From assembly GCA_963704655.1 (NCBI GenBank), contig OY969927.1:352001-416000 (forward strand): a stretch of DNA of 64,000 bases, read 5' to 3'. Of the stretch, positions 47,321-57,245 are shown in pieces (position 1 is the first letter of the stretch; every line of letters begins with the position of its first letter). This DNA comes from an uncultured Candidatus Babeliaceae bacterium (GTDB lineage: Bacteria > Babelota > Babeliae > Babelales > Babelaceae). The notes below the pieces were generated by a model, which had not been told where the DNA came from, searched no databases, and was given only the letters and a program-made list of their open reading frames with translations. The position numbers and the translations under genes were made by a program.

Positions 47321-48664
47321 ATGAAGTTAAAATCACTTTCACTACTTATATTACTAGCGTTTCAACATGCACATGCAGATGTGGTTATAGTAACAACACC
47401 TGCTCTTACCCTGAATAGCCGAACAACATTGCAAGCAGCATCATTTTCTCCTGGTTCTCCTGGTGGCACTCAAATAGTCACAGCTGGCGGTAAATTCGCC
47501 GAAACATGGGACGCTGCAACTGGTAAGTTATTGGATACTTTTATAGGACATGCTGATACTATTACTTCAGCACAGTTTGCACCTTATGGCACTGAAGTTA
47601 TTACTGCGTCCAATGATAAAAAAGCAATGATTTGGGATGTTAATTCCCCTCTAGGACTGCCAATGGAGCTTAATCATAAAGCCGCGGTAAGATCAGCAAC
47701 ATTTTCAAACCATGGCTACACAGTTCTTACTGCTTCAGGCAACGATGTTATACTTTGGCAGGCTGGAAGAGGTAAAGAAATCTATAAATTTTCGCCTTCT
47801 CCTCATCGAATAAATTCAGCGTCATTGTCACCTGATAGATACAAAGTCGCTATTGCCTTAGAGGATAATTCGGTACAAATTTGGAATATGGATACCGATC
47901 GACTATTTCAAGTATTTCAAGGTCGTTCTGACGCCGAAGCATTTTCACCTCAACTATTTAAAACATTAACCGGCCATACAAGCGCGGTCCTCTCTGTTGC
48001 ATTTTCACGCGATGGTAAATACATAGTTACTGCTTCAGCAGACGGTACTGCAAAAATCTGGGAGGTGGAAACTGGTGCTTTAATCCGCACTCTTGTAGGG
48101 CATACGCAAGGGGTAACCTCAGCAGAATTTTCACCGAATGGCAAGTATGTGCTTTCTGCTTGCGGTGATGGCGAAGTAAGAATCTGGGACATTGAAACTG
48201 GTCAAGACGTAATTCAAATCATGGCGCATGCTGGCCGGGTGAATTCGGCACAATTTTCACCTGATGGTACTAAAATTGTTACTGCATCTAATGATAAAAC
48301 CGCAAAAATTTGGGATGTTGGCCAAATACTCAAAGATTATGAAGCAAAGCCAAAAGAACTCAAAAAGCCTCAGGCGGTTCCCCAAGTATTAACACCACAA
48401 CAAGAAATTGATCGCATTTTAACTCTACAAGCTAACTTTGATAAACTAAATTTTTCCAATTTTTCAAAAGATGAAATCCAAAGAAAAAAAGAGGATTTAG
48501 CATATAAAATTTTTAATCTTGTACCAGGTTCATCGCAGGATGAAATAAAAAAAGTTTACAAGAAATTAGCCCTCCAACTTCATCCTGATAAAAATCCAGA
48601 TCCTCAAGCAAAGCCTGCATTTCAGATAGTTAATAATGCTTACTCAGCACTTACTGTTAAATAA
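47321..48664 (+). CDS. Secreted WD40-repeat protein 7 with C-terminal J-domain
   Basis: AYKIFNL...EIKKVYKKLALQLHPDKNP....AFQIVNNAYSAL with intact HPD. Confidence 0.92.
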   Translation: MKLKSLSLLILLAFQHAHADVVIVTTPALTLNSRTTLQAASFSPGSPGGTQIVTAGGKFAETWDAATGKLLDTFIGHADTITSAQFAPYGTEVITASNDKKAMIWDVNSPLGLPMELNHKAAVRSATFSNHGYTVLTASGNDVILWQAGRGKEIYKFSPSPHRINSASLSPDRYKVAIALEDNSVQIWNMDTDRLFQVFQGRSDAEAFSPQLFKTLTGHTSAVLSVAFSRDGKYIVTASADGTAKIWEVETGALIRTLVGHTQGVTSAEFSPNGKYVLSACGDGEVRIWDIETGQDVIQIMAHAGRVNSAQFSPDGTKIVTASNDKTAKIWDVGQILKDYEAKPKELKKPQAVPQVLTPQQEIDRILTLQANFDKLNFSNFSKDEIQRKKEDLAYKIFNLVPGSSQDEIKKVYKKLALQLHPDKNPDPQAKPAFQIVNNAYSALTVK

Positions 48665-48677
48665 GAATAAGTAAATA

Positions 48678-48710
48678 AAGAAGGGAGAGTTTTTAAACTC
48701 TCCCTTCTTT
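48678..48710. terminator. Terminator hairpin between convergent genes
   Basis: aagaagggagagttt-tt-aaactctcccttctt. Confidence 0.85.
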
Positions 48711-49545
48711 ATTTGTCTTTTAATTCCGGATCAGATAAATCTAGATGATCATCTATAACTTTAAAACGCTCAATTGCAAGCGCTTTGCCCGATTTTTTAT
48801 CGATAGTAAGTATAATGCCGTGCATATGATACGGGCCTTCAAGCTCGACTTCAAACTTAACCGGCATTTGGGTTAATAAGTTGTGCAAGATCGCATGGCG
48901 TTTCATGCCGATCATAGAATTAATCGCGCCGCCCATGCCAATATCAGAAATATAGGCTGTGCCTAACGGAAAAATTCGTTCATCTGCAGTTTGCACATGC
49001 GTGTGCGTGCCATAAACGCAACTTACTTGTCCATCAAGAAAATAGCCCAGCCCCATCTTTTCTGAGGTAACTTCAGCATGCATATCAACAATGATACAGT
49101 TTGTTTGCGGCTTTAAAAACATTATAGCAGATTCTGCAGCTTTAAAAGGGCAACTTAAAAGCTCGCGCATAAATACGCGCCCCTGAACATTAATAACGCC
49201 GACCGTTACACCGGCAACCGTAAAGGTGGTAACCCCAACCCCCGGCGTTGACGCAGGAAAGTTTGCCGGACGCAACAGATCTTTATGACTCGAAAGGTAA
49301 CTATAAATATCACGTTTTGCAAAAATATGGTTTCCACTGGTAACAACGTTAGCGCCGTAGTGCTTTAAAAAATCAACAATGGCCGGAGTGATCCCGCGGC
49401 CATCACTTGCGGTATTTTCACCATTAACGATAACACCATCAATTGCATATTTTTGTTTTAATGCAGAAAGGTGTTTTTTGAACATTGCACGACCTGGTGT
49501 TCCCATAAGGTCGCCAATACAGAGTATCTTTAAATTATCGTGCAT
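48709..49545 (-). CDS. ymdB: YmdB-like metallophosphoesterase (TIGR00282 type)
   Basis: IGD, NGEN, SGNH, LRPANFP, DMHAE.TSEK, GTHTHVQTAD; directly downstream of rny. Confidence 0.92.
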   Translation of the reverse strand: MHDNLKILCIGDLMGTPGRAMFKKHLSALKQKYAIDGVIVNGENTASDGRGITPAIVDFLKHYGANVVTSGNHIFAKRDIYSYLSSHKDLLRPANFPASTPGVGVTTFTVAGVTVGVINVQGRVFMRELLSCPFKAAESAIMFLKPQTNCIIVDMHAEVTSEKMGLGYFLDGQVSCVYGTHTHVQTADERIFPLGTAYISDIGMGGAINSMIGMKRHAILHNLLTQMPVKFEVELEGPYHMHGIILTIDKKSGKALAIERFKVIDDHLDLSDPELKDK

Positions 49546-51084
49546 ATTCAATAGCCCGCTTTTCACGAATAACGTTTACTTTGATCTGTCCTGGAAATGC
49601 CATCTCTTTTTCAATGGTTGTTGCTATATCACGCGCTAGGCCCATTGCTTTTTCATCAGAGACATTATCTTCTTCAACAATAATACGAATCTCGCGACCG
49701 GCTTGTAGCGCATAAGCTTTTTTAACGCCACCAAAAGTGTGCGCGATATCTTCAAGTTTTTCAAGACGCTTAATATATGTTGATAATGTTTCGCGACGCG
49801 CACCCGGGCGTGACGCAGAAATAGAATCCGCGATCATAACAATAGGCGCATAGATAGAAGCAAACGGCACCTCTTCATGGTGCGCAGCAATAGCATTCAC
49901 CACAAGAGCATCTTCACCACAACGGCGAGCAACCTCTGCACCAAGCATAGCATGCGGACCTTCGCATTCAGCAGATAATGCTTTACCAATATCATGCAGA
50001 AGGCCACCACGTAAGGCTATTTGTGGATTTGGTAATCCGAGCTCTTCAGCAATAACACGAGCAAAGAGCGCAACTTCAAAACTATGTAATAAAACATTTT
50101 GTGAAAAGCTGGTTCTAAAGTGTAGTTTACCAAGCATTGACATGATCTCAGGCTTAACCCCTTGGAGATTGAACTTCATAATAGCATTTTTGCCATACTC
50201 TTCAATCATCTCATCGATCTCTTTTTCACACTGAGCAACGGTCTCTTCAATACGCGTTGGATTGATTCTGCCATCGGCAATTAATTTTTCAAGTGAACGG
50301 CGCGCGACTTCCCGTCTGATTGGATTAAATCCAGAGATAGTTATAATTTCTGGGGTTTCACCAATAACAAACTCCATGCCAGTTGCCATTTCAAGAGACT
50401 TAATATTGCGCCCCTCTTTACCGATAATGCGCCCTTTCATTTCATCATTAGGTAGATGTACCACACCAGATGAGTTAGGGGCAACTTGTTCAGCGGCATA
50501 TCGTTGCATAGCATTAACGAGTATCTGAATGGAACGCTCTTTAGCATTATGGCGCGCCTCTTCTTCAACTTTTTGAACCCATTTTTCTTGGGTCATGCGA
50601 ACATCGGCTTCAAGAGTATTAATAAGAACTTGTCGGGCATCTTCACGCGTCATAGAAGCAACCGCTTCAAGTTTACTGATAAGTTCATCATGTAAACTTT
50701 TAACACGCTGTTCATGCGCACGAAGCAGATCTGATGAACGTAATAAATTACGTTCTTTCTGTTGCAGCTCACGCTGTGTTTCATCAGCCTGAATCTCTTT
50801 TTTTCTAAAACTTCTAAACGAGAAGTAAGTTTCTGTTGAAAGCGGTCAAGATCGAAACGCTCTTTTTTTAGTTCAGCCTCAGCTTCTGTCCTGCGTTTAT
50901 ACAGTTCATCTTTGAGCCTAATAAGCGCTTCGCGTCGTTCAGTCTCTAAATCTTTTTTTATTTGGTCTTTTACCAACTGCGCTTCATGCAGAAGGTGCTG
51001 TGCAGCAGCTATTTTACGCCATGACCATGCAAGCAATGCAAGGCCTGATAGCGCGAATAGCGCTGAAATTATTAATTCTAACAT
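49535..51084 (-). CDS. rny: Ribonuclease Y, split by a frameshift at 50797-50804
   Basis: N-terminal TM plus coiled coil in one frame; KH (KGRIIGKEGRNI) and HD (LLHDIGKA) domains in another. One extra A in the A7 run rejoins them. Confidence 0.9.
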
Positions 51085-51087
51085 ACT

Positions 51088-51188
51088 TATCCTTTATCAA
51101 AATCGATGTAGTGTATCTACTATGATACATAAGGCATTGGCCTTGTCTACCACAGGGACTCCCCGGCACACGACATGGTAAAAGGATA
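51088..51188 (-). ncRNA. Rod-shaped RNA between zapA and rny (short 6S-like RNA or rny leader)
   Basis: Nested pairings tatccttt/aaaggata, atgtcgtgt/acactacat, ctgtggta/tatcatag, aaggc/gcctt around a central bubble; position downstream of zapA. Confidence 0.4.
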
Positions 51189-51245
51189 CTCTAGGATAAA
51201 GCAAAATTACAGAGTAATAACAAACGAAAAAATCTTATTAACTCA

Positions 51246-51512
51246 CTAACTTAATGAGCTTTCAAACTTTAGTTCATCATCAATAAGGCTCATCAATTTG
51301 GATTGATCACTCAACTGCTGTTGCGCTAAATGCAAAGCGACTAGTATAGCCAGTCGCTTAGTATCTGTACAACGTGTCTGCTGAGCAACCTCTTTCATGA
51401 GGCTGTCAACAAGTGATGCCGAATTCAAAAGTATATTTTCAGATTCGTCACTCACGAGCGAATATATCTCTCCAAAGAGTGATACTTTATATTTTTGCAG
51501 CGGTGAGGTCAT
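51246..51512 (-). CDS. zapA: Cell division protein ZapA
   Basis: V.LFGE.YSL, A.LVD..M.EV, RLAILVAL. Confidence 0.85.
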   Translation of the reverse strand: MTSPLQKYKVSLFGEIYSLVSDESENILLNSASLVDSLMKEVAQQTRCTDTKRLAILVALHLAQQQLSDQSKLMSLIDDELKFESSLS

Positions 51513-51742
51513 TGCTCTTGCTCATGTTCAATTAAAAAATCAATATTCTTAATCAGATCATCTACTGCGGCCTTGGTAAGCGCTAGTTCTTCAGGACGCT
51601 CCAGCAATGAAGCTTGGAGCTTTTCTATCTGATCTTTTAACACCACATTATTTTCAACTAATGCTGCATTTTCTAGACGCAATTCCTTAATCAATTCAAT
51701 TAAGCTTGCAATTTTCTTTTCAAGAACATTGAGAACTTCCAT
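51509..51742 (-). CDS. ZapB-like coiled-coil protein
   Basis: LE.KI..LI..I..LR.EN..L heptads; coupled to zapA. Confidence 0.65.
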   Translation of the reverse strand: MEVLNVLEKKIASLIELIKELRLENAALVENNVVLKDQIEKLQASLLERPEELALTKAAVDDLIKNIDFLIEHEQEQ

Positions 51743-51838
51743 AGAGCATCTCCTTTACTCGCGCGGATAACACAACTAACTTGAACTGAGATTAATATCT
51801 TCGTTCAAATAATGTCAAGTGTTTTTGCAAGGAGTTGC

Positions 51839-52186
51839 CTATGAACGCGCCATAGACGCTAACTGAGCAAATACCGGAGCATCATACACAGCTAATTGGC
51901 TTAACATTTTTCTGTTAAGCTCAACATGCGATTTTTTAAGCCCATGAATAAAGACGCTGTAGCTCATATCATGTTGATTTGCAGCAGCCTTAATACGCGT
52001 AATAAATAAAGCACGCATATCACGTTTTAAAAGCTTACGACCTTTAAATGCGAATGCCATAGCACGGAGCAATGTTTCTTTTGCACGTTTAAAAATATTT
52101 TTACGTTGGCCCCAAAAGCCTTTGGTTAATTTAAACAGACGATTATGTCTTTTTTTGGTAACTGTACCACGTTTAACGCGTGACAT
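51839..52186 (-). CDS. rplT: 50S ribosomal protein L20
   Basis: MSRVKRG, KGFWG, RI.AA, LNRKMLS.LA. Confidence 0.97.
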   Translation of the reverse strand: MSRVKRGTVTKKRHNRLFKLTKGFWGQRKNIFKRAKETLLRAMAFAFKGRKLLKRDMRALFITRIKAAANQHDMSYSVFIHGLKKSHVELNRKMLSQLAVYDAPVFAQLASMARS

Positions 52187-52237
52187 ATTTATATCCTAAG
52201 TGTTAATATTCAGTAATTATATTTCTTCTATCTTTAA

Positions 52238-52447
52238 TTAAGCAGGGTATGGGAAAAGTCTTCCGATACGACCCATGTCTGAAGGGCTAATATATAAAGC
52301 GCTTCGTAAATGACGTTTTCTTTTTTCTGATTTCTTAATAAGTAACTTACGTCTAAATGGACGCGTTGCCTTAATAAGACCACTTTTCAGCTTCTTGAAG
52401 CGTTTTTTTGCTCCAGAATGCGTTTTCATTTTATATTTTTTAACCAT
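52238..52447 (-). CDS. rpmI: 50S ribosomal protein L35
   Basis: KMKTHSGAKKRFK; located between infC and rplT. Confidence 0.95.
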   Translation of the reverse strand: MVKKYKMKTHSGAKKRFKKLKSGLIKATRPFRRKLLIKKSEKRKRHLRSALYISPSDMGRIGRLFPYPA

Positions 52448-52480
52448 AGTAAATCCTAAGTAGCTCTATTTATAACTTAA

Positions 52481-53029
52481 TTATTTTAAATAACAAATTC
52501 TCGACCAGACTTTAACCGTCTTCATGTCTTTTTCTTGAACTAATCTTTTAGTAAGACCCGCGTCCTCTAAAAATTTATCAATTTTTTGAACCAGCTGAGT
52601 ACCGCGTTCTTCACGCAACGTAATCTCACGCCCTTTAAATTCAATAGTAATCTTTAAGCGCTTTCCATCTTTAAGAAACTGAACACCCTGATTCATTTTT
52701 GTAACGAAATCATGCTCAGCAATTTTAGGCTGGAACTTCAACTCTTTAACCTGGATCACCTTTTGATTTTTTTTGGCGTCAGCCTGCTGCTTCTTCTTTG
52801 CGTATATAGCTTTTCCAAAATCCATAACCTTAGCTACAGGCACTCCAAAGGAACCCTGGTCGGCTATAATTACTAAATCTAGATTTGCTCCACGCGCAAG
52901 ACGAAGCGCCTCATCTCTGGACATAACACCTTTATTTTCACCGTCATCACCAATTACTTGGAGTGAGTCAAAGCGAATTTTTTCATTCATCAATGGTTGA
53001 TTGGAAGCTTCTCTTGGCTTAACCGACAT
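52481..53029 (-). CDS. infC: Translation initiation factor IF-3
   Basis: NEKIR, LDLV, PVAKVMDFGK, KELKF.P.I..HD. Confidence 0.95.
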   Translation of the reverse strand: MSVKPREASNQPLMNEKIRFDSLQVIGDDGENKGVMSRDEALRLARGANLDLVIIADQGSFGVPVAKVMDFGKAIYAKKKQQADAKKNQKVIQVKELKFQPKIAEHDFVTKMNQGVQFLKDGKRLKITIEFKGREITLREERGTQLVQKIDKFLEDAGLTKRLVQEKDMKTVKVWSRICYLK

Positions 53030-53040
53030 ACCGTATATCC

Positions 53041-54108
53041 TTATTCGTCAATCTGATCATGTACAGGTTCTTGAGCTAAAGGGGCAGGCGCAGTATTTAA
53101 CGCTAAACGCACTTCTTTTTCAATTGCCGCTGCAAGCTGCGCATCTGTTTTAATCATTTGCACAACAGCATCTTTGCCTTGAGCTATTTTTTGACCCGCA
53201 TAGGCGAACCATGAACCTGACTGTGTAATAATATTATTTTTTAAGGCCGCATCAACAAGATCGATCTCTTTACTGATACCCTCACCAAATCGCAATGAAA
53301 CTTCAATCCGTTTAAAAGGAGGAGCCATCTTATTTTTAGCAATCTTAATAGCTAAGCGATTACCCCAATGATTACCATCTTTATCCTTTAAACCCTCTAT
53401 ACGACGCACATCAATACGTAACGACGCATAGAATTTCAAGGCGTTACCACCAGTGGTAACCTCTTTACTGGCAAAGGCCATGGCATTAATATTTGAACGT
53501 AACTGGTTAATAAAGACCAGAACTGTTTTTGATTTATGCACAACGGGTGTTAATTTGCGCAATGCTTGAGACATTAATCGCGCCTGAAGCCCTACATGGA
53601 CATCGCCCATATCGCCATCAAGCTCAGCCTTAGGTACAAGTGCCGCTACAGAGTCGACCACGATAATATCAACTGCATTGGAGCGAATAAGCATTTCAGC
53701 AATATCCAAAGCTTGTTCACCATAATCAGGTTGCGAAATAATAAGATCAGCAATGTTAATGCCTAATTTTTCAGCATAAATAGGGTCAAGAGCATGCTCA
53801 GCGTCAATAAAAGCGCAAATGCCGCCTTTTTTTTGAGCTTGAGCGATAGTTTGTAAAGCGATGGTCGTTTTACCGGAAGCCTCTGGTCCATAAACTTCAA
53901 CAATTCTTCCACGAGGCAATCCACCGATTCCGATTGCATTATCAAGCAAAAGCGACCCGGTAGAAATAGAATCGAGCTGTACCGCGGCATTTTGCCCCAA
54001 GTACATGATTGCGCCCTTATCCCATGTCTTATGAATTTGAGCAAAGACCGCTTCAAGAGCTTTTTTCTTAGATGTTAATTCAATATTTTTTTCTTTGTGG
54101 TTTTGCAC
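53041..54108 (-). CDS. recA: Recombinase A
   Basis: [39 protein letters not shown]. Confidence 0.98.
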   Translation of the reverse strand: MQNHKEKNIELTSKKKALEAVFAQIHKTWDKGAIMYLGQNAAVQLDSISTGSLLLDNAIGIGGLPRGRIVEVYGPEASGKTTIALQTIAQAQKKGGICAFIDAEHALDPIYAEKLGINIADLIISQPDYGEQALDIAEMLIRSNAVDIIVVDSVAALVPKAELDGDMGDVHVGLQARLMSQALRKLTPVVHKSKTVLVFINQLRSNINAMAFASKEVTTGGNALKFYASLRIDVRRIEGLKDKDGNHWGNRLAIKIAKNKMAPPFKRIEVSLRFGEGISKEIDLVDAALKNNIITQSGSWFAYAGQKIAQGKDAVVQMIKTDAQLAAAIEKEVRLALNTAPAPLAQEPVHDQIDE

Positions 54109-54129
54109 AACGCACCTGTAGTTAAAGTT

Positions 54130-55605
54130 TTATTCTAAAGTTTTATTATTATTAATTTTAGCATTTTTGAGCAAAGAATCAACTGATGCAGCCGTTACTA
54201 AACGTTCGTTCTCTTTTAAGAGCACGCTTCGAGCTACACTATACTGCTCAGGGGTCAGCGTTTGAGGCTTTTCAACTCGGTCTAGAGTTACCAAATAACC
54301 ACCTTGATCTCTGAGCCCGCGCATACGCGCGCCTTCGATAACCATATTTTTTATGCGGTCGCCAGAAAAAGAGTTTTTAGTTAACTTTTCAATTTCAGCT
54401 TCTGCGGTCCCTGACTTTAAGGTAAACTTCTGTGTTCCCGTCTTGTGTTCATCGCTCACTCCAGCACCTTCTAAATCTTCTACTATAGCCTTTTGTGCCT
54501 GGGAAAGGTAATAGTCTTCAAGAACCTGTTTTTCAAGGGCTCCACTGGCACCTACTTGGTAAGCTTTTTCCTGTGCGGGGGTTATCTTAGTTGGCATAGC
54601 TACTATCAGATGGTTATCTTCATGGAAAATACCCTTATCATCTAAAGCCAACTGGAAAAGCATACTGTTTTTTGATGATCTTTCAACATCGACAACCGGT
54701 GATTTCTGTCCCTTATGTTCAGAAATAAAGGCATCAAAGTCTTTAGCATCACCTTTAAGTGCTTGCTGAGCAGCCTCTGTTACTTTCTGCTTGTTTTTTT
54801 CAGTTGTAGGCACTTTCCAAAAGGTCCCGCTTCTTTTTTCTTTGGTCCAATAAGCACGGGACTGGGCGTTTCTTTCATTAAAAAATGCTTTGAGTGTATC
54901 TGGAGAGACTTCTGTCTTACGTGCTTGCGCAAGATACTTGTCAATCGAATAAGTTACCAAGGTAAAATCACGTGAGCCAAACTCTTTTAAGGCATATATA
55001 TCGATCTCTTTTTGTGTAACAGGTGTAGCCAGATGGAAAAGATCAAATGCAACGTCGCGCTGAACCGCTTGCTCAAGCATTTTTTCAAAATCCTGCAATG
55101 TTAACTCCATGGCAGACAAAAGACGAATGAGCATCTCTTGTTGAATTTTTCCATTGCGGTCATAGAGCGCACGTGGCAGCTGCGTACCAAAGATGTTCAT
55201 AACCGTCATAGGGTCTTGAGCCTTTTGCGCAATGGCACGCGTACTTACATTAAGTCCAGAACGCTCAATGCAGCTGTTTAATACAAGCTCCTGAACTATT
55301 TTGTTATAAGCATTTTTTTCTGGTGACATATCCATGCCCGCTTGTGCCAAAAAGCGTGGCGCCAGATCACCCAGTTGTGCTTTATAGAAATCTACAATCC
55401 TTTTTTCAATTGAAGCACGTAAACCAAAAAGCTGTTTTGTTACACCCTGGCCATTTACGGTAAAGGCATAACTACTATCAGAGAAAAAGACATTCACAAT
55501 CTGTGAAAAGGATCCAATCCCTACTAATGACAAAGTCATAACAATAATTAAGCCTTGCATAAGGCGTTTATGAAAATATTTTCTTATAATAAGTATCATG
55601 TACAT
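54130..55605 (-). CDS. SurA N-terminal domain / PpiD-like periplasmic chaperone
   Basis: N-terminal TM anchor, AFTVNGQ.V, helical SurA-like region. Confidence 0.6.
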   Translation of the reverse strand: MYMILIIRKYFHKRLMQGLIIVMTLSLVGIGSFSQIVNVFFSDSSYAFTVNGQGVTKQLFGLRASIEKRIVDFYKAQLGDLAPRFLAQAGMDMSPEKNAYNKIVQELVLNSCIERSGLNVSTRAIAQKAQDPMTVMNIFGTQLPRALYDRNGKIQQEMLIRLLSAMELTLQDFEKMLEQAVQRDVAFDLFHLATPVTQKEIDIYALKEFGSRDFTLVTYSIDKYLAQARKTEVSPDTLKAFFNERNAQSRAYWTKEKRSGTFWKVPTTEKNKQKVTEAAQQALKGDAKDFDAFISEHKGQKSPVVDVERSSKNSMLFQLALDDKGIFHEDNHLIVAMPTKITPAQEKAYQVGASGALEKQVLEDYYLSQAQKAIVEDLEGAGVSDEHKTGTQKFTLKSGTAEAEIEKLTKNSFSGDRIKNMVIEGARMRGLRDQGGYLVTLDRVEKPQTLTPEQYSVARSVLLKENERLVTAASVDSLLKNAKINNNKTLE

Positions 55606-55621
55606 TCCTTTATTTATGATA

Positions 55622-56170
55622 TTAATTAACAGTTTCTACTATAGAGACACCAGCCAAGCGATCTTCAATGGCAAGCCGTTCAGCGAGCCGCTGGGTTTCT
55701 TCATATCCCGCTGGCTTGGTAACTACCTGGTACCAAACTCTCTTTTTGCCACGCGCAGTTGTGCTCGTGCGTGTTATAGCAGCAGATGCTATTCCGCGTC
55801 GCTCTAATGCTTTTACATAAATCTGCGCCTGCTTTTCTGTACCATAGCCAATGAGTTGCGCCACAAAAACACCCGTGGGCTTCTCTTTTTCTTCCTGCTC
55901 GCTACTAGATTCACCCTGTGGTATTTCATCTACAGACTGAGCCTGTGTTTGATTTGCCCCAGCATCTGCGGGCTGGTCATAGAGCGCACAAAGAGATGCA
56001 TAAACCTTATCAGAGAATGATTCATTTTTTATCTGCTCCGCAAACTCTTCAAGAGCGCTTTTCTTTCCCCAAAAGTACCCTGCTAAAAATGTTACTACAT
56101 ATAGCATGAGCATGGCGGCAATAAGCCCCGTTATTTGGTAATGATGTATCTCTACGACTATTTTTTTCAT
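55622..56170 (-). CDS. SPOR-domain membrane protein
   Basis: N-terminal TM, linker, AQLIGY....A...V..L...WYQVV. Confidence 0.7.
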   Translation of the reverse strand: MKKIVVEIHHYQITGLIAAMLMLYVVTFLAGYFWGKKSALEEFAEQIKNESFSDKVYASLCALYDQPADAGANQTQAQSVDEIPQGESSSEQEEKEKPTGVFVAQLIGYGTEKQAQIYVKALERRGIASAAITRTSTTARGKKRVWYQVVTKPAGYEETQRLAERLAIEDRLAGVSIVETVN

Positions 56171-56187
56171 CTTAAACTTCTTATCGG

Positions 56188-57099
56188 TTAGGAGCTTGCC
56201 ACGATCTTAATAAGCTGATTAAGATATAAATCAACAGGCGATAAAGTCAAGTTTATCTCCTGTATATACTGATGATCACAAGCCGGAATTTTTTTTAATA
56301 AAGTTTTAAAATAGGTTCTTTGCCGCTTGGCATAATTACGTGTTTTTTGCTGAATAGTTTTAGTAAGCGTCTCATAATCAATACGATTATCCTGATAATC
56401 TAAAATATCATCGTACCCGATAGTCTTTTTTATTTTTACGAAATCTTTCCATTCTGGCGCTAAGCCTTGTGTCTCTTCAAGCCAGCCGCCTGTGAGCATG
56501 ATGCCTGTGCGAAGGTTAATGCGCTCATAAAGTTCTTCTATAGTTCTATTTATATGTAAAAAAAGATATGGCATAGATGGACCATACTGTAACCCGAGCG
56601 TACTCGGCGCTACATTATAGGTATAATAAATCTCGAGTGCCCGGTCTATACGATACTGGTCATTCGGATGCAAGGCTGCCGCACGGACAGGATCAACCCT
56701 ATTGAGCTCTTGCCATGTACGTGGATAGTCTTTGAAAGTTGTGAGCAATGGTTTGCCGGGTAAAGGTAAAAAATCAAAGAGTAGCATCTGATAATAAAAA
56801 CCAGAACCCCCAACAATAATCGCCCTTTTGCCTCGTGCATGCACATCAGCTATACACTCTTTAACTGCCTTTTGGTATTCAGCATTGCTATAGTTTCTTG
56901 GCGTAGTAACAAGATCAAATAGATGATGCTTAATTGATTTATTTTTCCAGTCTGGTTTTGCTGTGCCAATAGAAAGGGGCTCATACAACTGCCCTTGGTC
57001 GGCATTTATGATTTCTCCATTTATCTGGTCTGCTAGCAGTTCTGCAAAGTCTGATTTGCCTACGCCCGTTGGGCCGGCAATAATAATTATTTTTTTCAT
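56188..57099 (-). CDS. miaA: tRNA dimethylallyltransferase
   Basis: GPTGVGKS, IGTAKP, VGGSGFY, RALE, TRNYAKRQ.T. Confidence 0.95.
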   Translation of the reverse strand: MKKIIIIAGPTGVGKSDFAELLADQINGEIINADQGQLYEPLSIGTAKPDWKNKSIKHHLFDLVTTPRNYSNAEYQKAVKECIADVHARGKRAIIVGGSGFYYQMLLFDFLPLPGKPLLTTFKDYPRTWQELNRVDPVRAAALHPNDQYRIDRALEIYYTYNVAPSTLGLQYGPSMPYLFLHINRTIEELYERINLRTGIMLTGGWLEETQGLAPEWKDFVKIKKTIGYDDILDYQDNRIDYETLTKTIQQKTRNYAKRQRTYFKTLLKKIPACDHQYIQEINLTLSPVDLYLNQLIKIVASS

Positions 57100-57148
57100 A
57101 CTGCTAGTATAGCACTAAGCGCCTTTCATGAGAACTCCATAAAGAGAA

Positions 57149-57226
57149 AGACCCTGAGCGTGTCTCAGGGTGACACAATTTTAGCCAGCTTAGCCAGCAT
57201 GTCATCCTGAACTCGTTTCAGGATCT
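57149..57226. repeat. Inverted pair of GTCA-tagged REP-like palindromes
   Basis: agaccctgagcgtgtctcagggtgacac ... gtcatcctgaactcgtttcaggatct. Confidence 0.8.
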
Positions 57227-57245
57227 TTATCATAAATTAATAAAC

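Noticed and set aside
36881-48664. Integron or shufflon interpretation of the recombinase plus WD40 array
   Set aside because: No attC-like hairpins or repeated inversion sites between the genes, which abut or overlap, are all co-oriented and each have their own start; no IntI-specific insertion recognised
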